DNA of 59,385 nt from an uncultured Bacteroidota bacterium (GTDB lineage: Bacteria > Bacteroidota > Bacteroidia > Bacteroidales > VadinHA17). Where the stretch lies: positions 1-59,385 of the forward strand of contig CALMJY010000330.1 in the NCBI GenBank assembly GCA_937864815.1, given 5' to 3'. Shown here piece after piece: positions 1-11,466 of the stretch. Every line of letters starts with the position of its first letter. Position 1 is the first letter of the stretch. A program made the translations under genes and the position numbers. The notes under the pieces are model-generated. The model was given only the letters and a program-made list of their open reading frames with translations, ran no database searches and was not told the DNA's origin.

Positions 1-2
1 CA

Positions 3-1172
<1,170 letters not shown>

Positions 1173-1183
1173 TCGGGAATAGG

Positions 1184-2380
1184 ATGACACGGGAGAATGT
1201 GAAAATAGGGCTTTTCGGGTACGGATGTGTAGGTCAGGGCTTGCATGACGTGCTCAACAGCAGCAAAGGTTTCAAAGCTGATATAGTAAGAATATGTGTA
1301 AAGGACCGTACCAAGAAAAGAAGGATCTCAATGGATCATTTCACTTATGATAAGAATGATATCCTGAATGATCCTTCAATTAATCTTGTGGTTGAACTTA
1401 TTGATGATGCTGATGAGGCATTCAACATTGTTTCCACTGCAATGAAAAACGGGAAGAATGTAGTATCGGCAAATAAAATGATGATTGCGAAACACTTCAA
1501 GGAACTTGTTGACATGCAGACAAAATATAAAGTGTCGATGTTATACGAAGCTTCTGCGGGTGCGAGTATTCCGATTATCCGAAACCTTGAGGAATATTAT
1601 GATAATGAGCTACTTTATTCCCTGCGTGGAATTCTCAACGGGACAACCAATTACATCCTGACAAAGATGTATAACGAGGGACTTCCTTATGCCGATGCGC
1701 TCAGGGGAGCACAGGAAAAGGGTTTTGCAGAATCTGATCCTACACTTGATGTTGACGGCTGGGATGCAAAATTTAAGCTTTGTATAATTACAGGACATGC
1801 TTATGGCCTCTTTCTGAATCCCGATGAGGTGTTTCATTATGGCATTAGTAAAATTTCGAAATTCGATATCCAGTATGCCAGGGAAAAGGGCTATAAGATC
1901 AAACTTGTTCCATATGTTGGGAAGACGAATGATAATACTATCACAAGCTTTGTTCTTCCGCGTTTCATCTCCTCAGACAAATATCTCTACAATGTTGACA
2001 ATGAATACAACGGAGTTATTACCGAAGCTGCCTTTGCCGATAAGCAATTTTTCAGTGGTAAGGGTGCAGGAGGGCATGCAACAGGAAGTGCAGTACTGTC
2101 GGACATATCAGCAAACTCATACGGATACAGGTATGAATATAAGAAGTTCCAGCAGGGTACGGTTTCAAAATATACCCGTGATCACAGGCTTGAGATTTAT
2201 TTAAGGTACAACGACGAAAAGCACCGCGAATTATTTGGATTTGAAGAAGTCTCGGAATACTTTAGCGGTAGATTTTACAAATATGTGATCGGGACAGTTA
2301 ACCTGACGAACCTTTATTCCCTGAGGGAAAAACTGCCCGATATGGATGTTTTTATTGTGAATACAGGTCGTAAACTATAA
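1184..2380 (+). CDS. hom: Homoserine dehydrogenase
   Basis: Rossmann GYGCVG, SANK, YEASAGASIPII, GILNGTTNYIL, GFAESDPTLDVDGWDAKFK and GKGAGGHATGSAV motifs. Confidence 0.92.
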   Translation: MTRENVKIGLFGYGCVGQGLHDVLNSSKGFKADIVRICVKDRTKKRRISMDHFTYDKNDILNDPSINLVVELIDDADEAFNIVSTAMKNGKNVVSANKMMIAKHFKELVDMQTKYKVSMLYEASAGASIPIIRNLEEYYDNELLYSLRGILNGTTNYILTKMYNEGLPYADALRGAQEKGFAESDPTLDVDGWDAKFKLCIITGHAYGLFLNPDEVFHYGISKISKFDIQYAREKGYKIKLVPYVGKTNDNTITSFVLPRFISSDKYLYNVDNEYNGVITEAAFADKQFFSGKGAGGHATGSAVLSDISANSYGYRYEYKKFQQGTVSKYTRDHRLEIYLRYNDEKHRELFGFEEVSEYFSGRFYKYVIGTVNLTNLYSLREKLPDMDVFIVNTGRKL

Positions 2381-2398
2381 CTACTATTAGTCATAAAA

Positions 2399-5300
2399 GT
2401 GAACCATAATATCACTGATCTTATAAAAGATAAGATACTCATTCTCGACGGGGCAATGGGTACCATGATCCAGAAACACAAGCTGCAGGAGGAGGATTAC
2501 AGAGGCGAAAGGTTTAAGGATAATAGCATGCTTCAGAAAGGCAACAATGATCTGCTTTCCATTACCAGGCCTGAATTAATTAAAGAGATCCATAAGGCTT
2601 ACCTTGAAGCAGGTGCTGACATAATTACTACCAATACCTTCAATTCGAACAGGATCTCCATGGCTGATTATGGTATGGAGGAGCTGGTGTATGAAATGAA
2701 CTCTAAATCAGCTCAGATTGCAGCTGCTGCAATAACTGAATTTGAAGGTTCTGACCAACCGGTAAATCATTTCATTGCGGGAACTCTCGGACCAACAAAC
2801 AGAACCGCCTCCATGTCATCCGATGTAAATGACCCCGGTGCCAGAGCTGTGACATTTGATCAGCTTGTTGAAGCCTATTCAGAGCAGACCAGGGGGCTTA
2901 TTGACGGAGGTGCTCATATCCTTCTTGTAGAGACAATATTTGATGTACTCAACTGCAAAGCAGCACTTTATGCAATCGATTCTGTTTTTGAGGAGAAGGG
3001 TATAAAGCTTCCGGTTATGGTGTCAGGTACAATAACTGATGCAAGCGGGAGAACACTTACCGGTCAGACTCTTGAAGCATTCCTGATTTCAGTTTCGCAT
3101 TTTCCTCTTCTCAGCATTGGTCTTAATTGTGCACTCGGAGCTGAACAACTTAGGCCATTTATTGAAGAGCTTTCGTCAAAAACAGGATTTAATGTATCGG
3201 TTCATCCGAATGCAGGTCTGCCAAACCAGTTTGGTGAATATGATCAGTCGGCTGATTATATGGCATCTGTTGTTGAGGATTTTATTAAGGAAGGATGGAT
3301 TAATATTATCGGAGGATGCTGCGGTACAACTCCTTTTCACATCAGGAAGATAGCAGATATTGCTAAGAAACACGCTCCAAGGAAACTTCCTGAAATTAAA
3401 AGATATACAAAGCTGAGCGGACTTGAGGCACTTACAATTACCCCCGAAACCAACTTCGTCAATATAGGTGAAAGGACGAATGTGTCAGGTTCAATTAAGT
3501 TTGCCAGGCTGATTAAAGAGGAGAAATACAACGAGGCTCTTGCCATCGCACGAAACCAGGTAGAAGGAGGTGCTCAGGTTATCGATATTTGTATGGATGA
3601 AGCTATGATAGATTCGGAGCGGGCCATGGTCCGGTTCGTTAACCTTATCATGTCTGAACCTGATATTGCAAAGCTTCCTCTTATGATCGATTCATCACGA
3701 TGGGATACCATAGAGGCTGCCCTGAAATGTATTCAGGGAAAATCGGTTGTCAACTCTATTAGCCTTAAAGAGGGAGAAGGGGTATTTCTTTCACATGCCC
3801 GCAAGATAAGGAGATACGGGGCTGCAGCTGTAGTTATGCTTTTCGATGAGACAGGTCAGGCTGATACTTACGAGAAAAGAATTAATGTTGCAGATCGTTC
3901 ATACAGACTGCTAACTGAAAAGCTGGATTTCCCGCCGGAAGATATAATTATTGATCCCAACGTACTTGCTGTCGCTACAGGGATAGAAGAACACAACAAT
4001 TATGCTGTTGATTATATTAAGACTACTGAGTGGATAAAGAAAAATCTTCCATTTGCAAGGGTTAGCGGAGGTGTAAGTAATCTTTCTTTCTCTTTCCGCG
4101 GTACTGATAAGGTGAGGGAGGCAATGCATTCAATATTTCTTTTCCATGCTATCAAAGCTGGACTGGATATGGGAATCGTCAATCCCGGAATGTTGCAGGT
4201 TTACAGCGAGATAGAACCTCAGTTACTTGAACTTTGTGAGGATGTCATTCTTAACCGCAGGATAGACTCAACTGAACGGCTTGTAAAATTCGCAGAAGGG
4301 ATTAAAAAAGAGGGTAAAAAGGAGGAAAAGGAAGATGCCTGGAGATCCCTTCCTGTTATTGACCGGATTAAGCACTCACTCATCAGAGGTCTTGATGAGT
4401 TTATTGAAGCGGATGTGGAAGAAGCCCAACCGCTTTTTGCACGGTCTATTGAACTTATTGAAGGGCCGCTTATGGGAGGCATGAATGAGGTTGGTGATCT
4501 TTTCGGTTCAGGAAAGATGTTCCTTCCCCAGGTAGTTAAAAGTGCAAGGGTAATGAAAAAGGCAGTTGCAAAGCTTGCGCCCTATATTGAGATGGAAAGT
4601 GCCGGTGAGGAGAAAAAAACTGCCGGTAAAATGCTGCTGGCTACAGTTAAGGGAGATGTACATGATATCGGAAAAAACATAGTCGGAGTAGTTCTTGCCT
4701 GCAACAATTATGAAATTATTGACCTCGGGGTTATGGTCCCTGCTGATAAGATACTTGACACTGCCATCAGGGAGAAAGTTGATTTCATTGGTCTCAGCGG
4801 ACTTATTACACCTTCCCTGGAAGAGATGGTACATGTAGCTTCCGAAATGGAAAGAAGAAAAATGAAGCTTCCGCTGCTTATCGGAGGTGCAACAACATCA
4901 GAGATACATGCTGCAGTTAAGGTTGCCCCGGCTTATTCAAATGCCGTTATTCATGTGAAGGATGCCTCAAAGGCTGCCGGAGTACTTGCATCACTCATGC
5001 AGGATGATAATAGTGCTTATGTCCGGTCGATAAGGGAGAGATACAATAAAATGAGGGATGATCACAGTTCCCGGAGGGCGGAAAGCAATCTGATTTCACT
5101 TGAGGATGCCAGGAATAACAGACTGAAAACCGACTGGAATAGCTACAGTATAAGAGTACCTCTGAAACCAGGTCGTTATATACTGCATAATATTGATCTG
5201 AAAGAACTTTCGGAGTATATTGACTGGACTTTCTTCTTTTTCTCATGGAAGATCTCTGGAAAATATCCTTCAATTTTTGATGATCCTGTTAAAGGGCCTG

Positions 5301-6049
5301 AAGCCAGAAAACTGTTCAATGACGGGCTTAAATATCTTAATGAGATAATTGACAAGAAATTACTTGAGGCAAAGACTGTATTCGGAATCTATCCTGCGGT
5401 TTCAGATGGGGATGACATAAAGTTATTTTCTTCAGAGAATCGAAAGGAGCAGATCTCCCGTTTTGCATTTCTGAGAAATCAGGAGCAGAAAGAAAAAGGT
5501 GTTCCAAACCTCTGCCTTGCTGACTATTTAGCTCCTGAATCATCAGGAATTACTGATTATATCGGAGCTTTTGTTGTCACCGCTGCTCTCGATAATGAAG
5601 CTATAAAGCAGTATGTAGATGATGATTATGCATCTATTATGATCAGAATACTCAGCGACAGGCTTGCTGAAGCTGCAGCCGAGTGGCTCCATATGAAGAT
5701 AAGAACTGAATACTGGGGCTATGATGCCAATGAGAAACTTACAATTGATGAGATCCTCAAACTCAGGTACCATGGCATCAGACCAGCTCCAGGCTATCCT
5801 GCCTGTCCCGATCATACAGAGAAAAGAGTGATATTTGACCTGCTTGAAGCGGAAAAAAATATCGGAGCTGAGCTCACTGAGAATTTTGCAATGGTGCCGC
5901 CGGCTTCTGTAAGCGGATATTTCTTTTCACATCCTGATTCATCTTATTTCAATATTGGAAAATTAGCTGGTGATCAGCTTGCAGATTACGGAAAAAGAAA
6001 GAACTTTGCACCCGCTGAAGTCAGAAAATGGCTGGCACCTAATATTTGA
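2399..6049 (+). CDS. metH: Cobalamin-dependent methionine synthase (all four modules)
   Basis: [15 protein letters not shown] Zn site, IGERTNV pterin domain, GDVHDIG B12 motif, [12 protein letters not shown] reactivation domain; GTG start. Confidence 0.97.
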   Translation: MNHNITDLIKDKILILDGAMGTMIQKHKLQEEDYRGERFKDNSMLQKGNNDLLSITRPELIKEIHKAYLEAGADIITTNTFNSNRISMADYGMEELVYEMNSKSAQIAAAAITEFEGSDQPVNHFIAGTLGPTNRTASMSSDVNDPGARAVTFDQLVEAYSEQTRGLIDGGAHILLVETIFDVLNCKAALYAIDSVFEEKGIKLPVMVSGTITDASGRTLTGQTLEAFLISVSHFPLLSIGLNCALGAEQLRPFIEELSSKTGFNVSVHPNAGLPNQFGEYDQSADYMASVVEDFIKEGWINIIGGCCGTTPFHIRKIADIAKKHAPRKLPEIKRYTKLSGLEALTITPETNFVNIGERTNVSGSIKFARLIKEEKYNEALAIARNQVEGGAQVIDICMDEAMIDSERAMVRFVNLIMSEPDIAKLPLMIDSSRWDTIEAALKCIQGKSVVNSISLKEGEGVFLSHARKIRRYGAAAVVMLFDETGQADTYEKRINVADRSYRLLTEKLDFPPEDIIIDPNVLAVATGIEEHNNYAVDYIKTTEWIKKNLPFARVSGGVSNLSFSFRGTDKVREAMHSIFLFHAIKAGLDMGIVNPGMLQVYSEIEPQLLELCEDVILNRRIDSTERLVKFAEGIKKEGKKEEKEDAWRSLPVIDRIKHSLIRGLDEFIEADVEEAQPLFARSIELIEGPLMGGMNEVGDLFGSGKMFLPQVVKSARVMKKAVAKLAPYIEMESAGEEKKTAGKMLLATVKGDVHDIGKNIVGVVLACNNYEIIDLGVMVPADKILDTAIREKVDFIGLSGLITPSLEEMVHVASEMERRKMKLPLLIGGATTSEIHAAVKVAPAYSNAVIHVKDASKAAGVLASLMQDDNSAYVRSIRERYNKMRDDHSSRRAESNLISLEDARNNRLKTDWNSYSIRVPLKPGRYILHNIDLKELSEYIDWTFFFFSWKISGKYPSIFDDPVKGPEARKLFNDGLKYLNEIIDKKLLEAKTVFGIYPAVSDGDDIKLFSSENRKEQISRFAFLRNQEQKEKGVPNLCLADYLAPESSGITDYIGAFVVTAALDNEAIKQYVDDDYASIMIRILSDRLAEAAAEWLHMKIRTEYWGYDANEKLTIDEILKLRYHGIRPAPGYPACPDHTEKRVIFDLLEAEKNIGAELTENFAMVPPASVSGYFFSHPDSSYFNIGKLAGDQLADYGKRKNFAPAEVRKWLAPNI

Positions 6050-6060
6050 TACTGATTGAA

Positions 6061-7014
6061 ATGACTGTAATTGAAATAATTAACGATTCAAAAAAGCCTC
6101 TTTTCACTTTTGAACTGCTGCCCCCTCTGAAAGGGCATAGTATTGAACGCACCTATACTGCTATTGACAGGCTTGTCGAATTTGAACCGGCATATATAAA
6201 CTTTACCTCACACAGGAACGAAACTATTTTCAAGGAGCGGGCCGACGGACTGCTTGAAAAGAAAATTGTGCGACTTCGTCCGGGAACGATTGCACTAGCT
6301 GCTGCTGTGAAGTACAAGTACAATATTACTGTTGTACCGCATATTCTCTGTGGTGGATTCACAAAGGAGGAAACTGAAAATGTTCTCATCGAGATGAGAT
6401 TTCTCGGTATTGATGATGTTCTTGCACTCAGGGGAGATCCCCAGAAAGGGAGCAGGTCGTTTATTCCGGAGAAAAACGGACATTCCCATACCACAGACCT
6501 TGTCAACCAGATTATGGATATGAACAGGGGTAAATATCTTGAGGATAACCTTGAAAATGCAGATCCTACCAATTTCTGTATCGGAGTGGCCGGATATCCT
6601 GAAAAGCACTTTGAAGCTCCCAATAAGCCTGTCGACCTTGAAAACCTTAAGAAAAAGGTTGATGCAGGAGCAAGTTATATTGTGACACAGATGTTTTTTG
6701 ACAATAACAAATTCTGCAGATTCAGGGATGAATGCAGAAAACTAGGAATTACTGTACCGATTATACCCGGAATAAAACCGATCTCAGCACTGCATGATAT
6801 AAAGCTGCTACCTCAGACTTTTCATATTGATCTTCCTAACGATCTGTTTTCAGCCGTATCAAAATGCAAGACCGATTCAGAGGCACGTGAGGCAGGGATA
6901 GAATGGGCTACAATGCAGTCGAAGGAATTACTTAAGCTCGGAGTTCCTGGCATACACTATTATACGCTGGGCCGGTCGGATAACATCGCAAGGATCGTAA
7001 AAGCTACTTTCTGA
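6061..7014 (+). CDS. metF: 5,10-methylenetetrahydrofolate reductase
   Basis: FELLPP, ALRGDP, GVAGYPEKH, VTQMFFD and GIHYYTL motifs. ATG 6061 preferred over TTG 6046. Confidence 0.93.
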   Translation: MTVIEIINDSKKPLFTFELLPPLKGHSIERTYTAIDRLVEFEPAYINFTSHRNETIFKERADGLLEKKIVRLRPGTIALAAAVKYKYNITVVPHILCGGFTKEETENVLIEMRFLGIDDVLALRGDPQKGSRSFIPEKNGHSHTTDLVNQIMDMNRGKYLEDNLENADPTNFCIGVAGYPEKHFEAPNKPVDLENLKKKVDAGASYIVTQMFFDNNKFCRFRDECRKLGITVPIIPGIKPISALHDIKLLPQTFHIDLPNDLFSAVSKCKTDSEAREAGIEWATMQSKELLKLGVPGIHYYTLGRSDNIARIVKATF

Positions 7015-7019
7015 CCTTT

Positions 7020-7044
7020 AAGCCCCCCTTGGGGGGTTGGGGGT
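7020..7044. repeat. REP-like palindromic element AAGCCCCCCTTGGGGGGTTGGGGGT
   Basis: Identical 25/25 to 57138-57162; C6-TT-G6 hairpin plus G-rich tail; lies between convergent genes. Confidence 0.8.
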
Positions 7045-7067
7045 TTGATCAAGAGGGAAGAAGAGCC

Positions 7068-7943
7068 TTATCTCAGAATTCTCCGTATTTCTTTTATATG
7101 AGCCGGTGTTGTACCACAACACCCCCCAATAATATTTACTCCTGCTTCGATAAGTGCCGGAACGAAAGATGCCATCATCTCAGGTGATTCACGGAATACG
7201 GTCTTTCCGTCAATGAGTTCAGGAACACCTGCATTGGCCTGTATTATAACAGGGATGTTACTGTCAGTACTGCGGATCTCCTTTACTATTCCAATCATAT
7301 TTTCAATCCCGTTACCGCAATTGGAACCAATAACATGAGCGCCGGCTTCTTTCAGCGCAATGATCATCTCTGAGGGAGATACTCCCATCATTGTATTGAA
7401 TCCTGTAGCTGCATCACCATCGAATGTCATGGTGCTGATAACAATACAACTTGTATTTTCTCTTGCAGCTTTTGTTGCAATGACAGCTTCATCAATTGCT
7501 GTCATTGTTTCAATGATGATTATGTCAGCACCACCTTCCTCAAGTGCTGCTGATTGTTCCTTAAAGGCTTCATAAAGCTGCTCCTCATTTACATCACCCA
7601 TTATGAGTATTTTTCCGGTGGGGCCCACACAGCCGGCAACGTGCCTTTCTTTACCGGCAGCCTGCCGTGATATTTCCGCGGCTGCCTTGTTTAGTTCATA
7701 CGCTCTTTCAGCTAGACCATAGTTGGAGAGTTTAAACCGGTTGGCCCCGAAACTGTTTGTCTCGATAATATCCGAGCCTGCATCAACGTAGGATTCAGCA
7801 ATTTTTATAACTTCTTCCCTGTGTGTAACATTCCATAGTTCTGGGCATTCCCCGGGCTTCAAACCTTTAGCCTGAAGAAAAGTTCCCCAGGCTCCATCAC
7901 AAAGGAGTATCTGTTTCTTCTTAAGTTTATCGAGGATAGACAT
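7068..7943 (-). CDS. Stand-alone homocysteine S-methyltransferase family protein (Hcy-binding domain only)
   Basis: DGAWGT, ETNSFGAN, GSNCGNG, ANAGVP and IGGCCGTTP (three Zn Cys); no pterin or B12 domain. Confidence 0.88.
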   Translation of the reverse strand: MSILDKLKKKQILLCDGAWGTFLQAKGLKPGECPELWNVTHREEVIKIAESYVDAGSDIIETNSFGANRFKLSNYGLAERAYELNKAAAEISRQAAGKERHVAGCVGPTGKILIMGDVNEEQLYEAFKEQSAALEEGGADIIIIETMTAIDEAVIATKAARENTSCIVISTMTFDGDAATGFNTMMGVSPSEMIIALKEAGAHVIGSNCGNGIENMIGIVKEIRSTDSNIPVIIQANAGVPELIDGKTVFRESPEMMASFVPALIEAGVNIIGGCCGTTPAHIKEIRRILR

Positions 7944-7963
7944 TTGATTGTTTAATTAACATA

Positions 7964-7993
7964 ACCCACCCCTAACCCCTCCTAGGAGGGGAA
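7964..7993. repeat. REP-like element with perfect 16-bp palindrome CCCCTCCTAGGAGGGG
   Basis: Palindrome at 7976-7991 with an ACCCACCCCTAA tail; same architecture as the 7020 element, opposite orientation. Confidence 0.65.
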
Positions 7994-7999
7994 CTAAAT

Positions 8000-8033
8000 C
8001 CCTTGAGCCGCTGTGCCCTTGAGCCGCTGAGCC
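8000..8033. repeat. Short tandem repeat, 2x16 bp (CCCTTGAGCCGCTGWG)
   Basis: cccttgag ccgctgtg cccttgag ccgctgag cc, directly after the metK stop. Confidence 0.8.
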
Positions 8034-8036
8034 TAT

Positions 8037-9380
8037 TTATATCTTGAACGCCTTCTTTATCTTATCAACATAGTCAAGTTTTTCCCATGCAAAAAACTCA
8101 ACTTTCTTGGTGTAAATCTTTTTGCCGTTTCCATTTACGGATTTTGGTTTGCTGCCTGGTACTTCATAATAGACCTCTACATTAGCTGAATAGCTATCAC
8201 GTCCGAAATGACCATAAGATGCAGTAGGAAGGAATACTGGGTTCTTAAGTCCGAATCTCTTCACTATTGCATAAGGCCTCAAGTCAAATAACTTATTGAC
8301 TATCTGGGCTATTTCGCCGTCATGCAGAATTTTTCCCTTTTTATCTTTCACTTTGGCTGTGCCATATGTATTTATATAAAGTCCCACAGGCTCAGCAACA
8401 CCGATAGCATATGCAACCTGAACAAGTGCCTGATCGCATACTCCGGCAGCTACAAGGTTTTTAGCTATATGGCGTGCTGCATAAGCAGCTGATCTGTCAA
8501 CCTTTGAAGAGTCCTTTCCTGAAAATGCGCCTCCGCCATGAGCACCATGTCCGCCATAGGTATCAACAATAATCTTGCGTCCTGTAAGACCTGTATCTCC
8601 ATGAGGACCGCCGATAACAAAGTTCCCTGTCGGATTCACCAGTAACCTGAAATTGCTGTTAAAAAGCTTCTGTACCCTTGCCGGGAGACTCTTCTTTACT
8701 CTCGGTATAAGAATCTTTTCAAGATCTTCCTTAATCTTAGCCTGCATTGCCTTTTCTGCTACAAGTTCGGCCTGTTTTGAACTGTTTTTCGGAGTGACAA
8801 ATTCATCATGCTGGGTACTGATTACAATTGTATCAATGCGTAAAGGATTATTATCATCATCATATTCCAGAGTAACCTGCGATTTACTGTCAGGCCTGAG
8901 GTATTTCATCTGTTTTCCCTCACGCCTTATTCCAGCAAGTTCTTCGAGAAGCCTGTGAGCCAGCTCAATTGTAAGAGGCATGTAATTATCCATCTCATGG
9001 CAGGCATAACCAAACATCATTCCCTGGTCACCTGCTCCCTGTTCTTCAGGTTTTTCACGGACAACACCCTGATTAATATCTTTTGACTGTTCATGGATGG
9101 TAGAGATTACTCCGCATGAATCGCAGTCAAATCTGTATTCTGCCTTAATATAACCAATTTTTCTGATAACTTTTCTTGCAGTTTCCTGTACATCAACCCA
9201 TCCCTGGGTACCTACTTCACCGCCACAAACGACTAATCCTGTTGTTACAAATGTCTCACATGCAACTTTTGACTCCGGATCCCAGCGGAGAAACTCATCA
9301 AGAAGAGAGTCTGATACCTGGTCGGCTACCTTGTCGGGGTGCCCTTCTGAAACTGATTCTGAAGTAAATAAATATGCCAT
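8037..9380 (-). CDS. metK: S-adenosylmethionine synthetase
   Basis: [49 protein letters not shown]. Confidence 0.98.
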   Translation of the reverse strand: MAYLFTSESVSEGHPDKVADQVSDSLLDEFLRWDPESKVACETFVTTGLVVCGGEVGTQGWVDVQETARKVIRKIGYIKAEYRFDCDSCGVISTIHEQSKDINQGVVREKPEEQGAGDQGMMFGYACHEMDNYMPLTIELAHRLLEELAGIRREGKQMKYLRPDSKSQVTLEYDDDNNPLRIDTIVISTQHDEFVTPKNSSKQAELVAEKAMQAKIKEDLEKILIPRVKKSLPARVQKLFNSNFRLLVNPTGNFVIGGPHGDTGLTGRKIIVDTYGGHGAHGGGAFSGKDSSKVDRSAAYAARHIAKNLVAAGVCDQALVQVAYAIGVAEPVGLYINTYGTAKVKDKKGKILHDGEIAQIVNKLFDLRPYAIVKRFGLKNPVFLPTASYGHFGRDSYSANVEVYYEVPGSKPKSVNGNGKKIYTKKVEFFAWEKLDYVDKIKKAFKI

Positions 9381-9445
9381 AAAATAAGTATTAGTTTACA
9401 GTTAAACAATAATCTGGAAATTTGGTTGATTGTAAAAAAGGAAGG

Positions 9446-9499
9446 TACGCGGTTTAGCATTTTTTCCTGTGGTTGCAATCAGCACAAATCTTTCCACCA
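9446..9499 (-). ncRNA. SAM-II riboswitch aptamer in the metK leader
   Basis: Minus strand reads GGTGG-AAA-GATTTG-TGCTGA-TTGCA-ACCAC-AGGAAAAAAT-GCTAAA-CCGCG. This gives the P1 GTGG/CCAC pair plus the GAUUU, UUGCA and GCUAAA signatures of SAM-II, upstream of metK. Confidence 0.85.
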
Positions 9500-9508
9500 A
9501 TTATTTTG

Positions 9509-9540
9509 CAAAACAACAAAAAAAAATTATAATGACCAAA
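9509..9540 (-). promoter_or_regulatory. Probable Bacteroidota housekeeping promoter for the riboswitch-metK transcript
   Basis: TTTG-N20-TTGTTTTG (one mismatch to TAnnTTTG) ending ~10 nt before the aptamer. Confidence 0.5.
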
Positions 9541-9551
9541 TTGATTTTCTT

Positions 9552-10463
9552 TTAGCTTGTTAGATGCCTGAAAACCTCTTCGAGATTACTCTGTTGTTTC
9601 TGCAATGATAATACTGTAAGGTTTTTACTGACAGCAAAGTTGAACACGGCAGGCCGAATATCCTCCTGACCTTCAGACTCTATCTGCCAGGTATTGTTCC
9701 TGATGAGCTTTACATTGCCGATATTTTCAATTCCGGAAAGTTCAGATAGTTCAACATGTTTGTCGAACTCAACTATTATTATCTGTTTTGGCTGATTTAC
9801 CAGGGAGTAGATTTTACTTTTCTCCTCATTAGCCATAATTACACCATGGTCAATAATTATGACCCTTTCGCAGATTGCCTCAACTTCCTGCATAATATGG
9901 GTTGAGAGGAGAACTGTCTTTTCCCTGCCTGCCTCTTTTATAAGGTTCCTTATCTCGATTATCTGGTTAGGGTCAAGACCGGTTGTTGCCTCATCAAGAA
10001 TAAGTACAGCCGGATTGTGTATTAATGCCTGGGCAAGGCCCACTCTTTGTCTGTAACCTTTTGAAAGTGAGCCTATCTGTTTGTTTTGTTCGGGGGAAAG
10101 CCCGGTAAGTTCTATTATTCTGTCGATCTGTTTTTTTGATTTCTTTTCTCTTCCGTAAATTGAAGCCACAAAACCAAGGTATTCCCTGACATACATTTCC
10201 GGATACAAGGGATTGTTTTCGGGAAGATAGCCTATCTGACGCTTTACATCCGGGTTCCCTGTTCCAACTTCGAGGCCGTTTACAAGTACTCTGCCTGATG
10301 CAGGAGGGAGGAATCCTGTAATTATCTTCATCATTGTCGATTTCCCTGCTCCGTTTGGCCCAAGAAATCCGACTATCTCACCGGTTTTTACCTCGAATGA
10401 GACATTATCGAGTGCTTTCTGCTTTCCGTATAGCTTTGAAACACTCTCTACTAAAATAGACAT
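9552..10463 (-). CDS. gldA: ABC transporter ATP-binding protein, GldA-like
   Basis: GPNGAGKST, LSKGYRQRVGLAQA, GYLPENNPLYPEMYVREYL and C-terminal DIRPAVFNFA..LEEVFR as in GldA. Confidence 0.75.
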   Translation of the reverse strand: MSILVESVSKLYGKQKALDNVSFEVKTGEIVGFLGPNGAGKSTMMKIITGFLPPASGRVLVNGLEVGTGNPDVKRQIGYLPENNPLYPEMYVREYLGFVASIYGREKKSKKQIDRIIELTGLSPEQNKQIGSLSKGYRQRVGLAQALIHNPAVLILDEATTGLDPNQIIEIRNLIKEAGREKTVLLSTHIMQEVEAICERVIIIDHGVIMANEEKSKIYSLVNQPKQIIIVEFDKHVELSELSGIENIGNVKLIRNNTWQIESEGQEDIRPAVFNFAVSKNLTVLSLQKQQSNLEEVFRHLTS

Positions 10464-10485
10464 ATAAAATTATTGTTATCCGGTA

Positions 10486-11337
10486 TTATGAACCCCATCC
10501 ACCCATAAACTGGCCGACATTGGCGAAGGAGGTCATTGGATTCACACAGCATACCGGTATCTTTGAGCTGTTTGCAATAAGGTATTGCTCCGAAGCACCT
10601 ACGACATAATCAGCTATAGTGATATTTTTAGTTGTTACAATTACAATAAGGTCAGCATTAATCTTCAGTGCAAAATCAAGAGTTTGTTTTGCGAAATCGC
10701 CTTTCGGAATATCATGAATTTCGTATTCTATATTATTTTGTATCAAATATTTAACCCCAAAATTTAAATTGACTTTCGTCTTTTTTGTTAGAATTTTATC
10801 ATTTGATATTGCTACAAGGAGATGAATCTTGGAATCGAAATATTTTCCCATGAAAATAGCCATTTTAAGCTTCTCTTTATTTTCAGCCCTGAAATCAATG
10901 GGGAAAACAATATTGTGGTACTTTTCCTGATCTACAGGCGGATCCTGCACTACAATAAAAGGGACTTTCGATTTGACAATAACTTTCAAAGCCCAGCTGC
11001 CGGTAAGCTTCTGCATCCCTTTCATGCCATGAGTGCCCATAACCACCAGGCTGGCTTCCTTGTCATTTGCAAATTCGGCGATAGCTGAGAATATGCTCCC
11101 TTTTGAGATATGCCAGGATATGACGGAATTGAATTTTGCACTCCTTTCTTCAACTATCTTCTGAAGTTTATTCTTTTTATCTGTTTCTTCAGCTGCCTTT
11201 ATGCCAGTATCAACGATGTGAAGCAGGCATATGTTGTTACCAACCATGCGGCTGATTTTCACCGCATGTGCCAGGGCATGTTCTGCAACATTTGTAAAAT
11301 CCCATGGTACAACTATAAGTTTCTTATTTTCTTCCAT
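10486..11337 (-). CDS. Universal stress protein (tandem USP domains)
   Basis: IVVPWDF, LLHIV, VMGTHG..G...GS; second domain IVFPIDF. Confidence 0.85.
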   Translation of the reverse strand: MEENKKLIVVPWDFTNVAEHALAHAVKISRMVGNNICLLHIVDTGIKAAEETDKKNKLQKIVEERSAKFNSVISWHISKGSIFSAIAEFANDKEASLVVMGTHGMKGMQKLTGSWALKVIVKSKVPFIVVQDPPVDQEKYHNIVFPIDFRAENKEKLKMAIFMGKYFDSKIHLLVAISNDKILTKKTKVNLNFGVKYLIQNNIEYEIHDIPKGDFAKQTLDFALKINADLIVIVTTKNITIADYVVGASEQYLIANSSKIPVCCVNPMTSFANVGQFMGGWGS

Positions 11338-11365
11338 AGCATCTGTTGGTTTTCATTAAACAACT

Positions 11366-11373
11366 CAAAGGTA
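11366..11373 (-). promoter_or_regulatory. -7 promoter element (usp-gldA)
   Basis: TACCTTTG matches TAnnTTTG. Confidence 0.55.
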
Positions 11374-11428
11374 TTCACATTTTAACAAATTTCAAACCAA
11401 TAATAGAACTTGGCGCCCAACAATTTAT

Positions 11429-11436
11429 TATTTTTG
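11429..11436 (+). promoter_or_regulatory. -7 promoter element (asnS-rpoN)
   Basis: TATTTTTG(CG), 30 nt before the ATG. Confidence 0.6.
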
Positions 11437-11466
11437 CGCTGCAATTTTTAATGAATATTCATTCTG

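Noticed and set aside
11410-11428. TTGGCGC as a sigma54 promoter for asnS-rpoN
   Set aside because: No TTG(C/A) at the required -12 spacing; a normal TAnnTTTG element explains the promoter.
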